From positions 1-54,555 of the forward strand of contig CANLJX010000004.1 in NCBI GenBank assembly GCA_947491545.1: a stretch of 54,555 nt of DNA, in the 5' to 3' direction. The DNA comes from Deltaproteobacteria bacterium. Lineage in GTDB: Bacteria > Bdellovibrionota_C > UBA2361 > OMII01. This document shows, piece after piece, positions 38,344-47,714 of the stretch. The position numbers were made by a program, and so were the translations under genes. The notes beneath the pieces are model-generated. The model had not been told where the DNA came from. It ran no database searches and saw only the letters and a program-made list of their open reading frames with translations. Position 1 is the stretch's first letter; each line of letters opens with the position of its first letter.

Positions 38344-40596
38344 CTAGCTAACGTTGCGCGCGGCTGAGGCACGGAAATAATCGACTTCGGAGCCGTAACG
38401 AGCGTGGAGACGCCTCAAGCAACCCGGAATACTAGTCAGGAGCCGCACCAATTTGAGGGTGCCCTCTGCCCGTGCCACAGAGAGCTCATGGCTGAGCTCG
38501 TTCAGCAATCGAATGGAGACCTCCGGGCGCTCGTTGACGGCCCTGGCCACCTGCTCCGATAGGTGATTCTTTCGCACTGGGCCAAGGATGGTGTTGCGGG
38601 CACTAATGACGTCCCGGAGATCCGCGAAGTGTCCGAGTTGGGTCCTGAGACTCTCGATTTTCGCTTCGGTGCTTGAAGCGTCAGCAATCTCGGCGTTGAA
38701 TGCCTCAGTGATTAAATTAACGTATCCCCGAGCTAAGGCGTCAGCTGAGCGGAGGTACTGAGTGCGAACGAGCGAATCTTCGGGAGCGGTTGTCGCAAGA
38801 GCGAGAAAGCGATCGAGCTCCGCAACGAAGAGCTGCACGTCTCCATCGTTGAAAGACTTTGAGAGCAACTCGATGGAGGAACTAGACTCAGACTCCGAGG
38901 CCTCAGTCGCAGCCTTATGAATGTAATCATAGAAATCTCGGAGCGCCTTTTCGATATCGTTGTCACCGAACGTTAGCGGGAACTGTTTTGCTTTTTCGAG
39001 GATAGCAGCGGTGGAATCTCCGTTAAGCTCCAACGCTTGGAAGCCGCGGGAGAGAGATGGGGCTACGTCAGTTGCCAAAGTGCCCATCAGGTCGGCTAGG
39101 GGACGAAACTCAAGGTGTGGCTGAAGCGCTTGCGCACCACTCCCAAGATTCTCAGAGTCCCTAATCATGCGGCTACAGTCGCCGATGACTGTTGGCGGCC
39201 GCTCCTTGAGAAGAACCGTCAATCGAGTTCCAAAAGTGTGGAAGATGACGAATAGGCCGCGAGCGACGGTTGCCTTAAGCTCCGGCCCTGCATCAGCCCA
39301 CAACTCTCGCCGCCCTGCCAGCGAGCGTTGCGACCACGAAGCTGCTGCCTTGACCATTTGTATCCAAGTCGGGGTGACGAGTTGCGCGTTGTACTCTGGG
39401 CGCTGCGCAAGCTCGGCCTGCGTCGCTTGGCATCCGAGAGAGACTGCAAACGTCATCGCCCCTTCGCGAGTTCCGTGGTAGTGCAGCCGAGAGAGCAGCG
39501 ATACGACGGAAGCAATGCCTTCCGGAAAACGCTCTGTGTGGGCCGGATCGAGGGACGCCAGCTCGTGTGCGGATACTGGAAGAGCGTCAACGAGGCTCTC
39601 CAGTAGTTCGTCGGTGGGGCTGTCGTCGGGCGTGGTCCAGGCCTTCTCTTTTTTTAGGAACTCGGCGGCGCAGCGAGATTCTAGGACCCGAATCGGAAGT
39701 TCGAGGGCTAGATTCGGTGCGATTGCCGCGTACCCGCCTCCTGTCCTTGCGCCCCTAAGCAGGGCCGCGAGCCCCGGCTTCTGTCCTGGCGGCGAAGACT
39801 TGTTGGTACGAGGGAGGGGGGACAGATGGGATGGAGGGCTCCTATCGAGGCGTCCGTGTTGGAGAAGCGACAAGACATCATCCTGTAGAGCAGTGCATGC
39901 TTCGGCAGCATCAAAGTCAGCGCGGCTAAGAGCAGCGTCCGAGCCTTCCTGCAACTTGGCCGCCAAGCCCTCAAGGGCTGGCGTGCCTAGATCGCAAAGC
40001 TGCGAATGCGTGAAGGTGTCTGGTGACAGCCAGTGAATCGCACGGAGTTCGCACAGGGCGTTGATCGTCCGATTCGTTACAGACGAGGCATCCTTCGGAT
40101 TAGTTGAGGCGCCGGTTGAGCTTAAGCGCCGCACTTCTTTCTCCGCCGTATCTCTCCGGCTTGCGAGCTTCGCTCGTGCGGCGAACACTAACTCGGTAGT
40201 CACCGCACGCACCTCGACCTCTTTCGCATCGTCGATGCCGCGGATGATGCCAACAAGCTGCGACAGCCTGTCTGTTGAACCCTGAGGCAGGGCGCCCAGG
40301 CGAGCGAACGTCGCCAGGTCAGAGATGACGGATTCCAGCATGACCGCTTGTAGCGTTTCCTTGCCGCTGCGCGAATTTCCGTACGAGCGGGGCAGTTCGA
40401 TGAATCTCTCTTTTGCGGCTAGCTCATTTGCCTCGGGAGTGACGGCGAATGAGGAGAGAAGCTCGGCGGAACGCGTGGGGAGGAGAATCCGTAGCCGGTC
40501 GGCAGCATGACCAGGTACCAATGGAAGCGATGCCTTCGAGAGGGACGCCCCTCCACCTGCCTCTTTCTCTGGGCCCGAAGGGTCATGATGAGTCAT
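38344..40596 (-). CDS. Hypothetical protein, 750 aa, predicted mostly helical
   Basis: Long uninterrupted ORF filling the gap between co-oriented genes; no motif recognised. Confidence 0.65.
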   Translation of the reverse strand: MTHHDPSGPEKEAGGGASLSKASLPLVPGHAADRLRILLPTRSAELLSSFAVTPEANELAAKERFIELPRSYGNSRSGKETLQAVMLESVISDLATFARLGALPQGSTDRLSQLVGIIRGIDDAKEVEVRAVTTELVFAARAKLASRRDTAEKEVRRLSSTGASTNPKDASSVTNRTINALCELRAIHWLSPDTFTHSQLCDLGTPALEGLAAKLQEGSDAALSRADFDAAEACTALQDDVLSLLQHGRLDRSPPSHLSPLPRTNKSSPPGQKPGLAALLRGARTGGGYAAIAPNLALELPIRVLESRCAAEFLKKEKAWTTPDDSPTDELLESLVDALPVSAHELASLDPAHTERFPEGIASVVSLLSRLHYHGTREGAMTFAVSLGCQATQAELAQRPEYNAQLVTPTWIQMVKAAASWSQRSLAGRRELWADAGPELKATVARGLFVIFHTFGTRLTVLLKERPPTVIGDCSRMIRDSENLGSGAQALQPHLEFRPLADLMGTLATDVAPSLSRGFQALELNGDSTAAILEKAKQFPLTFGDNDIEKALRDFYDYIHKAATEASESESSSSIELLSKSFNDGDVQLFVAELDRFLALATTAPEDSLVRTQYLRSADALARGYVNLITEAFNAEIADASSTEAKIESLRTQLGHFADLRDVISARNTILGPVRKNHLSEQVARAVNERPEVSIRLLNELSHELSVARAEGTLKLVRLLTSIPGCLRRLHARYGSEVDYFRASAARNVS

Positions 40597-40698
40597 TCCG
40601 CGTAACTACGTTGCTCCGACAAAGAAGTCAAAATCAGATTTCCCAGCAGCAGCCGCTCGAGACGGAATCTGTCGGAATCGGTAACGCTTTGCCTGGCG

Positions 40699-41223
40699 CT
40701 AGGGTTGGGATATCGCCGTGCGGTAGGTGGCCCCGAGGCGCTGGTAGCCAAGAGCCGATTCGAGCAAGCTCTCCTCCTCCTGTGCTGTGAGGGAGCGAAC
40801 GACCTTGGCAGGTGTCCCTATCACGAGGCTGCCCGGCGGGATGATCGCGCCTTTGGGCACCAGCGCATGTGCGCCAATAATGCAGCGCTCCCCAATCTGC
40901 GCGTTGTCGAGGATCGTAGCTCCCATGCCGATTAACGAATTGTCGCCGATAGAGCAGCCGTGCACGATTGCGCGGTGGCCGACCGTTACGTTCTTGCCAA
41001 TTACCGCATCCGACATGCCGTGGCTTGTATGCACGAGCACGTGCTCTTGAAGGTTCGTCCCTTCGCCGACCTGTATCTTTTGGATATCGCCGCGCAGCAC
41101 TGCGTTGAAAAACACCGAGCAGCGCGCGCCGATCTCAACTTGACCGATCACCCAGGCATCTGGCGCCACGAAGCAGCTGGACTCTATGAGTGGCGTTGCG
41201 CTGCCAAACGGAATGACCGGCAT
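40699..41223 (-). CDS. Gamma carbonic anhydrase family protein (YrdA/PaaY-like)
   Basis: AVLRGD, TNLQE..LVH, TVGH.AIVHGC, IGMGA, GTPAK. Confidence 0.92.
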   Translation of the reverse strand: MPVIPFGSATPLIESSCFVAPDAWVIGQVEIGARCSVFFNAVLRGDIQKIQVGEGTNLQEHVLVHTSHGMSDAVIGKNVTVGHRAIVHGCSIGDNSLIGMGATILDNAQIGERCIIGAHALVPKGAIIPPGSLVIGTPAKVVRSLTAQEEESLLESALGYQRLGATYRTAISQP

Positions 41224-41241
41224 AGGGTTCTACGACCCGGC

Positions 41242-42258
41242 TTAGGCGCAGACGTCGCGGATAGCCTGCATGACCCTCTCCTTGCTCGGGAGGAGCACTA
41301 CTTCGAGCGCCTTGGAGTACGGCATCGGAGCCTCAAGTGACGAAACGACGCCAACTGGCGCATCGAGCTCGTCAAATATAGAGCTGTTGATCACGTGCGC
41401 CAGGTAGGCACCGTAGCTAGCAACCTCGTGCTGCTCCTGAATGACGACACAGCGGTGCGTCTTGGCAACGGAGGTGAGAAGCGTTTCACGATCGAGTGGA
41501 CGCAGCGTCAGAAGGTCTATTACTTCGCACGAAATGCCTTCCTGAGCCATCGCCTCAGCAACTTCGAGGGTGAGGAAGAGGTTCTTCGACCAAGTAACAA
41601 GGGTAACATCCGTTCCCTCGCGCTTAATGTCCGCCTTTCCGATCGGAACAAGGTATTCGCCTTCTGGAACTGGGCCGCGCTTTCCGTAGGTAAGTTCTGA
41701 CTCAAAGAATACCACCGGATTATCGTTGCGGATGGCGCTCTTCAAGAGGCCCTTCATGTCGTACGGAGTTGCCGGAGCGAGAACGATCAGACCTGGCGTG
41801 TACGCGTAGAACTGCTCAAACGAGTTTGCGTGCTGAGCGCCGAGCTGAAACGCTGCGCCGCCGGCTCCGCGGAACACGATTGGGCAGGAGATCTGGCCTG
41901 CCGACATGAGCCGAGACTTCGCCGCAGTGTTGAGGATCTGGTCGATCGCGCACAGCGAGAAGTTGAACGTCATGAACTCAACGATCGGCCGCAAGCCCGC
42001 CATTGCAGCGCCGATGCCGATCCCCGCAAAGCCGTTCTCAGCGATCGGAGCGTCAATAACACGCTTCGGGCCGAACTGCTCCTGCATGCCACGCGAGCAC
42101 TTGTAGGCGCCGTTGTAGCCGCCGACCTCCTCGCCGACGAGGAAGACGCGGTCGTCACGCAGCATCTCTTCCGTCATCGCCTCCTGGAGGGCGTCACGGA
42201 TCTGTATCTCTCGAACTGCGGACTGGTTCTGTGTGTCGGTAAGCATAGCGTTAGACAT
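41242..42258 (-). CDS. pdhB: Pyruvate dehydrogenase E1 beta subunit
   Basis: GEEVG.YNGAYK, DAPIAENGFAG, EFMTFNFS, CPIVFRG, LGAQH; start 42258 overlaps the pdhA stop (42246 alternative). Confidence 0.93.
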   Translation of the reverse strand: MSNAMLTDTQNQSAVREIQIRDALQEAMTEEMLRDDRVFLVGEEVGGYNGAYKCSRGMQEQFGPKRVIDAPIAENGFAGIGIGAAMAGLRPIVEFMTFNFSLCAIDQILNTAAKSRLMSAGQISCPIVFRGAGGAAFQLGAQHANSFEQFYAYTPGLIVLAPATPYDMKGLLKSAIRNDNPVVFFESELTYGKRGPVPEGEYLVPIGKADIKREGTDVTLVTWSKNLFLTLEVAEAMAQEGISCEVIDLLTLRPLDRETLLTSVAKTHRCVVIQEQHEVASYGAYLAHVINSSIFDELDAPVGVVSSLEAPMPYSKALEVVLLPSKERVMQAIRDVCA

Positions 42259-43198
42259 ATGTGTAATCCAAAGCAGTTTCCGGAGCAGGGAACGGGGACT
42301 CTTCAGCGAACCGTACGGCGTCCTGAACCTCGTCCTCGATCTCCTGCTCAATCTGTTCGCGGATCCCCTTCATTCCGAGCGCGTCCATCTTCTCTCCCAG
42401 AACCTTGATTGGATCGCGCGACTTCCACTGATCAACATCCTGCTGGGTGCGGTACTTAGCCGGGTCGGCCATCGAGTGACCGCGGTAGCGGTAGGTCTTG
42501 GCCTCGATCAGAGTCGGAAGCTTCTGCTCACGAGCGCGCTTCGCCGCAGCATGGATGCATGAGCGAACTGCGAACACATCGTGGCCGTCTACGGTGTCGC
42601 GCGCCATCGGGTACGCCAGCGCACGGATCGAGAGGTCGTCGGTTGCTGCCGTCTTCTCGAGCGGAGTGCCCATCGCGAAGTAGTTGTTCTCGATGACATA
42701 GATAACCGGGATCTCCCAGAGGGCAGCGAGTGCAAGCCCTTCGTGGAACGAGCCGATGTTGATAGCGCCGTCTCCCAAGAAGCAGATCGCGATGTTGTCA
42801 GTTCCTTTGTACTTCTCGGCGAACGCAAGCCCAGCAGCCACCGGGACCTGCGCTCCGACGATGCCCCAGCCACCCATGAAACGGCGCGGGATGTCGTAGA
42901 AGTGCATCGAACCGCCGCGGCCCTTGGCGCACCCGGTCTCTTTGCCGAGCAACTCCGCCATGCCAGCGCGAGTGTCTCCGCCGCGCGCCAGGTAGTGGCC
43001 GTGGCAGCGGTACGCGGTCATGACGTAGTCTTCGTCGTTGAGCACCGATATAGCCCCCACCGCAACGGCCTCCTGGCCGATGTAGAGGTGAAGGAAGCCT
43101 CCGATCTTCTTCTCGGTGTAGAGGCGAGCTGCCTCTTCCTCGAAGCGCCGGATGCGCAACATCTTGCTATACAGGTCGGTGAGAAGTTCCTGCTCCAT
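42251..43198 (-). CDS. pdhA: Pyruvate dehydrogenase E1 alpha subunit
   Basis: GFLHLYIGQEA, YRCH, GRGGSMH, GDGA...NN TPP motif, YRYRGHSMADP. Confidence 0.96.
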   Translation of the reverse strand: MEQELLTDLYSKMLRIRRFEEEAARLYTEKKIGGFLHLYIGQEAVAVGAISVLNDEDYVMTAYRCHGHYLARGGDTRAGMAELLGKETGCAKGRGGSMHFYDIPRRFMGGWGIVGAQVPVAAGLAFAEKYKGTDNIAICFLGDGAINIGSFHEGLALAALWEIPVIYVIENNYFAMGTPLEKTAATDDLSIRALAYPMARDTVDGHDVFAVRSCIHAAAKRAREQKLPTLIEAKTYRYRGHSMADPAKYRTQQDVDQWKSRDPIKVLGEKMDALGMKGIREQIEQEIEDEVQDAVRFAEESPFPAPETALDYTYV

Positions 43199-43345
43199 CG
43201 CTACGTAACCTCATCAACAGCGGCCAGGCACCCTAGTGAACACCGCGCAAAGAGCTGCAGGATCGTGGGCGAGGCCGGTAGGTACTTGCCCGGGACAACA
43301 GCAAAAGGGGGCAATCCCCGCTGCCCTGGTCCGTGGCATCGCGGG

Positions 43346-43374
43346 GTTATACCAGCGACCCTCTGGGCTGTCCA
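43346..43374 (-). promoter_or_regulatory. Putative sigma70 promoter for pdhAB
   Basis: Minus strand TGGACA-17nt-TATAAC with TG extension. Confidence 0.55.
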
Positions 43375-43487
43375 CCCGCACCGGGGCACCAAAGAGGGAC
43401 TCTTCGAGGCTCAAAGCAAAGCCATAAGGCAGGCGGATTTAATTGTCGCTATAGCGGGTTAGGCGATCAAGTCGTATCATCGACGGC

Positions 43488-44114
43488 ATGCCCAGCTTCC
43501 GCCGACTACTATCTGTTGATCCGAGCCTAACCTGCTCCGGCTGGGCGCTCTTCTCGGTGCCGGAGGGAATTATCAAGGCGGTTGGGAAGATCCGAGCCGA
43601 GAAGCCACCGACTCCGTTAGCCCTGCGGCTCGAGAAGCTGCAAGCCAGCATCAAGAGGGTCATAGATGCCCTCCAGCTCGGACCGGGTGACGTCCTGGTT
43701 TGTGAGGCTCCGACTACTATGAAGGATCCCCACAACGCAATTAAGGTCGAGCAGGTTCGGGGGCTCTTTGAGTCGCTCAGCCGTGAGCGTGGAGTAACAG
43801 TGCCCGGCCGCGTCAACCCGCGCAGCGTCCAGTATGAGGTGATGGGGCTGCGCGGCAAGCAGCTCGCGCGACCGGAGGTTAAGGCAGCCGCGGTACGCAC
43901 AGTCGAGTTTCTGTACGCCGACCAGCTTTCGCAGCTTGGCTTGTCGGGGTTGGGCAAGCATCAGGATATTGTAGACGCCGTGCTAATCGGGCGCCTTGCA
44001 CTGCTGCAGATCGAGGCAGCCCGCGCATCGCAAGCGCCGCTTGAGACGCTCTTCGGCGGTCAGGAGAAACAGGATCGGCGTTCGTGGAGAGTGAAGCCAT
44101 GCACCATCTCGTGA
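43488..44114 (+). CDS. RuvC-like (RNase H fold) Holliday junction resolvase, divergent
   Basis: LLSVDPSL..SGWA, RL..L, LVCE, VEQVRG, QDIVDAVLIG: D/E/D/D catalytic set. Confidence 0.75.
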   Translation: MPSFRRLLSVDPSLTCSGWALFSVPEGIIKAVGKIRAEKPPTPLALRLEKLQASIKRVIDALQLGPGDVLVCEAPTTMKDPHNAIKVEQVRGLFESLSRERGVTVPGRVNPRSVQYEVMGLRGKQLARPEVKAAAVRTVEFLYADQLSQLGLSGLGKHQDIVDAVLIGRLALLQIEAARASQAPLETLFGGQEKQDRRSWRVKPCTIS

Positions 44115-45289
44115 AAAAATCTAGGCTGCTGCTTACTGCGGCCATTCTAAGTGCCGGGATGATCCTCTCTGCGGGAGCAGAGGATGAGAGCGCGCCTACT
44201 GGCGAAGAGAGCGAGAGCTCCGAGTCGAGCGCAGCAGCTCCGAAGCAAGCCATTCCAACGCCCTTCCCCGGAACGGTGCTCACCGATCCGCGCGGCAAGC
44301 CAGACCTCACCGTCTGCAGCCAGAACCTCAAGCTGCTCGGCAGCTACGAGGAGATGAAGAAGAAAAACATAAAGTACACTCAGAAGGCGCACGCAGACAA
44401 AATCAGCGCTCTCTCTACGCGCTTCCTGAAGGCGAAGTGCGACGTAATCGCGCTGCAAGAGGTGATGGGCACAAGCGCCTCTGAGGAGGAGGCAGCCTTA
44501 CAGCCGATCATCGAGCAGCTCAGAGTCCGCGGCAACCGCGAATTCGAAGCGAAAGTCGGCCTCCCCGGAGATGGCGGAATGGCTCTCGGGTTCCTCGTGG
44601 CAAAAGATAGGTCAGCGGTGATTAACGTCCTTTCGTACTCGCGAGTCGAGCTGCCGAAGCTGGTCACGAAGGGCCGACCCCGTTTCTTCTCCCGGACCCC
44701 CTTCGAGGTTCAGCTCTCGGTGCGCTCAAGGCACGATGACACAGCCAAGATCGTGTCGCTCGTAAATTTTCACCTCAAATCGAAGCGCGGCGGCGAGGGA
44801 GACCCCACCGGACTTGAGTGGGAAACCTTCCGCATGGAGATGGCGGAAGGTTTTCGGCGCATCATCGAGGTGCGGCACCAGAAAGCCTTTGCATCGAACG
44901 AGCAGATCCTGATGGTTCTCGGAGACCGAAACAGCAACTTCGACGTTGCGAGCGCAAAGATTCTAGACGGCTCTCTCACTATTGAGAACTTCCGCACTGA
45001 TGGCGGCTGTCGGGTCAGCAAGCGAGGCTTCCCTGTGTGCACACCTGGCAAGCAGATGCCGCAACGGCTCTTCAGCATCCTCACTTCGAATCAAGAGGTG
45101 GCTACCTACCAAGGGACCTTCTCGTACAAGGGCGAGTATTCCTGGATCGATGACATGCTGATGCCTGCGGAAAGCCTTCAGTACGCTTGGCTGACGCCGA
45201 CAAGCGAGGGGCGTTATGACGCGGGGCTCATTAGTGAGCCGGCTGACGCTTCGGATCATGCCCTGCTCTGGGCGCGGCTCAATTGGTAG
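44111..45289 (+). CDS. Secreted endonuclease/exonuclease/phosphatase (EEP) family protein
   Basis: SQNL, DVIALQEV, NFHLKSK, LGDRN, IDDML, SDHALL; GTGA overlap with the RuvC-like stop; signal peptide. Confidence 0.85.
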   Translation: MKKSRLLLTAAILSAGMILSAGAEDESAPTGEESESSESSAAAPKQAIPTPFPGTVLTDPRGKPDLTVCSQNLKLLGSYEEMKKKNIKYTQKAHADKISALSTRFLKAKCDVIALQEVMGTSASEEEAALQPIIEQLRVRGNREFEAKVGLPGDGGMALGFLVAKDRSAVINVLSYSRVELPKLVTKGRPRFFSRTPFEVQLSVRSRHDDTAKIVSLVNFHLKSKRGGEGDPTGLEWETFRMEMAEGFRRIIEVRHQKAFASNEQILMVLGDRNSNFDVASAKILDGSLTIENFRTDGGCRVSKRGFPVCTPGKQMPQRLFSILTSNQEVATYQGTFSYKGEYSWIDDMLMPAESLQYAWLTPTSEGRYDAGLISEPADASDHALLWARLNW

Positions 45290-45307
45290 GGAGCTGCTAC
45301 AGCGGGC

Positions 45308-46207
45308 TCAGCCCGACACCTGCGCCCACACGGCCTCGAAGCTCTGGTCGAGGCTCTTGAGCAAACAGTGGTCTCGCAGGCTCGGCAGGTAAAAAGCCTC
45401 CCGAATCTGCGCTTTAATTTCGTCATCGCTCATCCCCTCAGCCCGCGCGCGCTTTAATTCGCTGATAAGGTCATTCGTGTTCTGCACGATCGCCTCAAGG
45501 TGCTTTCGCACCAGTTCACCGGTGATGCATCCCCCGTACGAAAAACCGACCCCTGAGAGCTCAAGATCCTTAAGCCGTCCGATCGACTCTAGCGATGCTG
45601 GAATGGAGGCATTCGCTCCCGGCGCAGCGAGACGCCGTCCGTTGTAGTAGCCGAGCGTTTCGTCGCTTATCAGGAATTGGTGGGGGAGAACCAGGTAGCT
45701 CATTGAGTGGCTGCGGTGCCCTGGGGAGGCTACGCAACGCACGGCAATATCATCATCGATGGTGATTGTCTCGCCATCGACGATGCACTTCTCGAACTGA
45801 AGTGCCTTGCGAAATTCAGCGGGTGAGGGGAGTGCTCCAACCTCCATTCCGAGAGCCTTACTTATCTCTGCGTCCCTAGAGATAGTCGATGACACGAACT
45901 CGTCGCTCGCCAGCTCTGCAACCATTCCGGAGCTGCCAAAAATCTTTATTTTAGGAAGCTTCTTGCGGAGGGACGGCAGCACGCCGACGCGGTCCGGATC
46001 GAGGTGAGTGATCAGCACGCGTGTGACACGTTGGAGCGACAGCCCGAGCCGAACGAGCCTCTCCTCAAGACCCTCAAGGTGAGCGGAGGCGCCTGGGTCA
46101 GTGAGAGTAATCTCTCCGTTTTCAGCAACGATAGCGTAACGGGAAGTCGCGCCAAGGGACACGTGGTGGAGGCGTGGGTAGACCTCCATCGATGCACGAA
46201 TAAACAT
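45308..46207 (-). CDS. Metallo-beta-lactamase-fold protein, atypical metal motif
   Basis: LTDPG, THLDPDRVG (HxHxDH variant), SPGH, ISDE. Confidence 0.75.
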   Translation of the reverse strand: MFIRASMEVYPRLHHVSLGATSRYAIVAENGEITLTDPGASAHLEGLEERLVRLGLSLQRVTRVLITHLDPDRVGVLPSLRKKLPKIKIFGSSGMVAELASDEFVSSTISRDAEISKALGMEVGALPSPAEFRKALQFEKCIVDGETITIDDDIAVRCVASPGHRSHSMSYLVLPHQFLISDETLGYYNGRRLAAPGANASIPASLESIGRLKDLELSGVGFSYGGCITGELVRKHLEAIVQNTNDLISELKRARAEGMSDDEIKAQIREAFYLPSLRDHCLLKSLDQSFEAVWAQVSG

Positions 46208-46223
46208 AGGGGCGTCCTGTAAG

Positions 46224-46280
46224 AAAAAAGCCCCGCTCTGGCATGCACCCTACCTGGGTGTAGCATGGCAGAACGGACCT
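46224..46280 (-). terminator. Intrinsic terminator-like hairpin just upstream of the MBL gene
   Basis: Minus strand AGGTCCGTTCTG...CAGAGCGGGGC followed by T6. Confidence 0.55.
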
Positions 46281-46341
46281 CTAAAGACTCTCACAGTTGG
46301 TCGACTTACAAAAGTGCGACCCGAATATGTTTGAAAGGCAC

Positions 46342-46392
46342 AAAAAAAGGCAGGGAGCCTGTTCCTCGGCGAAGCCGAAAAAGGTCCCTGCC
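46342..46392 (-). terminator. Rho-independent terminator of recA
   Basis: Minus strand GGCAGGGACCT...TCGGCTTCGCCGA...AGGCTCCCTGCC followed by T7, ~25 nt after the recA stop. Confidence 0.75.
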
Positions 46393-46416
46393 CCTCGCTG
46401 TTTAGGCTTGAAGAAG

Positions 46417-47556
46417 CTAGCTGTTGGCAGCCACCTTCTTGCGCGATCGGGTGCTCTTCTCAGTCGCAGCGCTCTCGTTCTCTGAGTCGGAGTTGTTTGC
46501 GGCCGTACCCTCAGAGGTCGCGGTCTCACCTGAGCCGACACCACAAGAATCCATTATGAGGGTGCGAATCTGCGCCGCCATCTCCGGGTTCTCACGCAGG
46601 AACTGCTTCGCACCCTCACGGCCCTGGCCGATTCGCTCGCCGCGGAAGCTGAACCAGGCGCCGGCCTTATCGACGACTCCTTTGTCTGAGCCGATGTCAA
46701 CAAGCTCTCCGAGGGAGCTTACGCCCTCGTTGAAGATAATGTCGAACTCGGCTTCGCGGAATGGAGCAGCAACCTTGTTCTTGACGACTTTAACGCGCAC
46801 ACGGTTTCCGGTGACGCTGTCGGCTTCCTTGATAGAGCCGATACGCCGCACGTCCAAACGCACAGAGGCGTAGAACTTAAGGGCGTTTCCGCCGGTGGTG
46901 GTCTCGGGGCTGCCGAACATGACACCGATCTTCATGCGGATCTGGTTGATGAAGAGGATAGTGGTGTTGGACTTGGCTGAAGCTGCTGTCAGCTTGCGCA
47001 GAGCCTTAGACATTAGGCGAGCCTGAAGACCTGGCTGTTGGTCCTCCATCTCGCCATCGATCTCAGCGCGAGGAACAAGCGCTGCCACTGAGTCAATGAC
47101 GACGAGGTCCACTGATGAGGATGAAACGATCGCTTCGCATATGTCGAGCGCCTGCTCACCACAGTCTGGCTGGCTCACGAGAAGCTTCGAGGTATCTACG
47201 CCGAGACGCTTGGCATAGTTGACGTCGAGAGCATGCTCCGCATCAATGAAGACAACGGTGCCGCCGGCGCGTTGAACCTGCGCCGCGGTACTGAGAGCAA
47301 GGGTGGTTTTTCCAGAGGACTCAGGACCGTATACTTCGCAGATCCGTCCCTTGGGGATTCCGCCAATGCCGAGAGCGATATCTAATCCAACGCTTCCGGT
47401 TGAGTGTGCTTCCACTTTCTCGGACATTGATGTGCCGAGGTTCATGATTGCGCCCTTGCCGTACTTCTTTTCTAGCTGGGAGATGGCTGATGAGAGAGCC
47501 TTGCTCTTCTCGCCCGTGTTTTCTGTGTTCTCTGTGTCACGCTCGTACAGTTCCAT
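46417..47556 (-). CDS. recA: Recombinase A
   Basis: [57 protein letters not shown]; AAGGAG SD. Confidence 0.98.
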   Translation of the reverse strand: MELYERDTENTENTGEKSKALSSAISQLEKKYGKGAIMNLGTSMSEKVEAHSTGSVGLDIALGIGGIPKGRICEVYGPESSGKTTLALSTAAQVQRAGGTVVFIDAEHALDVNYAKRLGVDTSKLLVSQPDCGEQALDICEAIVSSSSVDLVVIDSVAALVPRAEIDGEMEDQQPGLQARLMSKALRKLTAASAKSNTTILFINQIRMKIGVMFGSPETTTGGNALKFYASVRLDVRRIGSIKEADSVTGNRVRVKVVKNKVAAPFREAEFDIIFNEGVSSLGELVDIGSDKGVVDKAGAWFSFRGERIGQGREGAKQFLRENPEMAAQIRTLIMDSCGVGSGETATSEGTAANNSDSENESAATEKSTRSRKKVAANS

Positions 47557-47714
47557 GTTTCTCTCCTTAGGTTCTTCCTTTTGTTAAACTGTTTTTCCTA
47601 TCGCTTTTCGAGATCTCTGCTGATTTCGTTTCTTCGCCCCCGCACTGCTGGCGGCTGCTCGCCGTTCAGACGAGTGTTTCTACTCGATCCGGGCTAGCGT
47701 GTTAACGACAATCG

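Noticed and set aside
43199-43345. TPP riboswitch upstream of TPP-dependent pdhA
   Set aside because: Conserved CTGAGA and CCTGA...GCGNAGG elements not found
43488-44114. TnpB/IscB/Cas12-type RNA-guided nuclease
   Set aside because: Compact contiguous RuvC fold of 208 aa with no zinc finger, HNH or split RuvC, and no IS ends or array; the upstream DNA is explained by the pdhA promoter and leader
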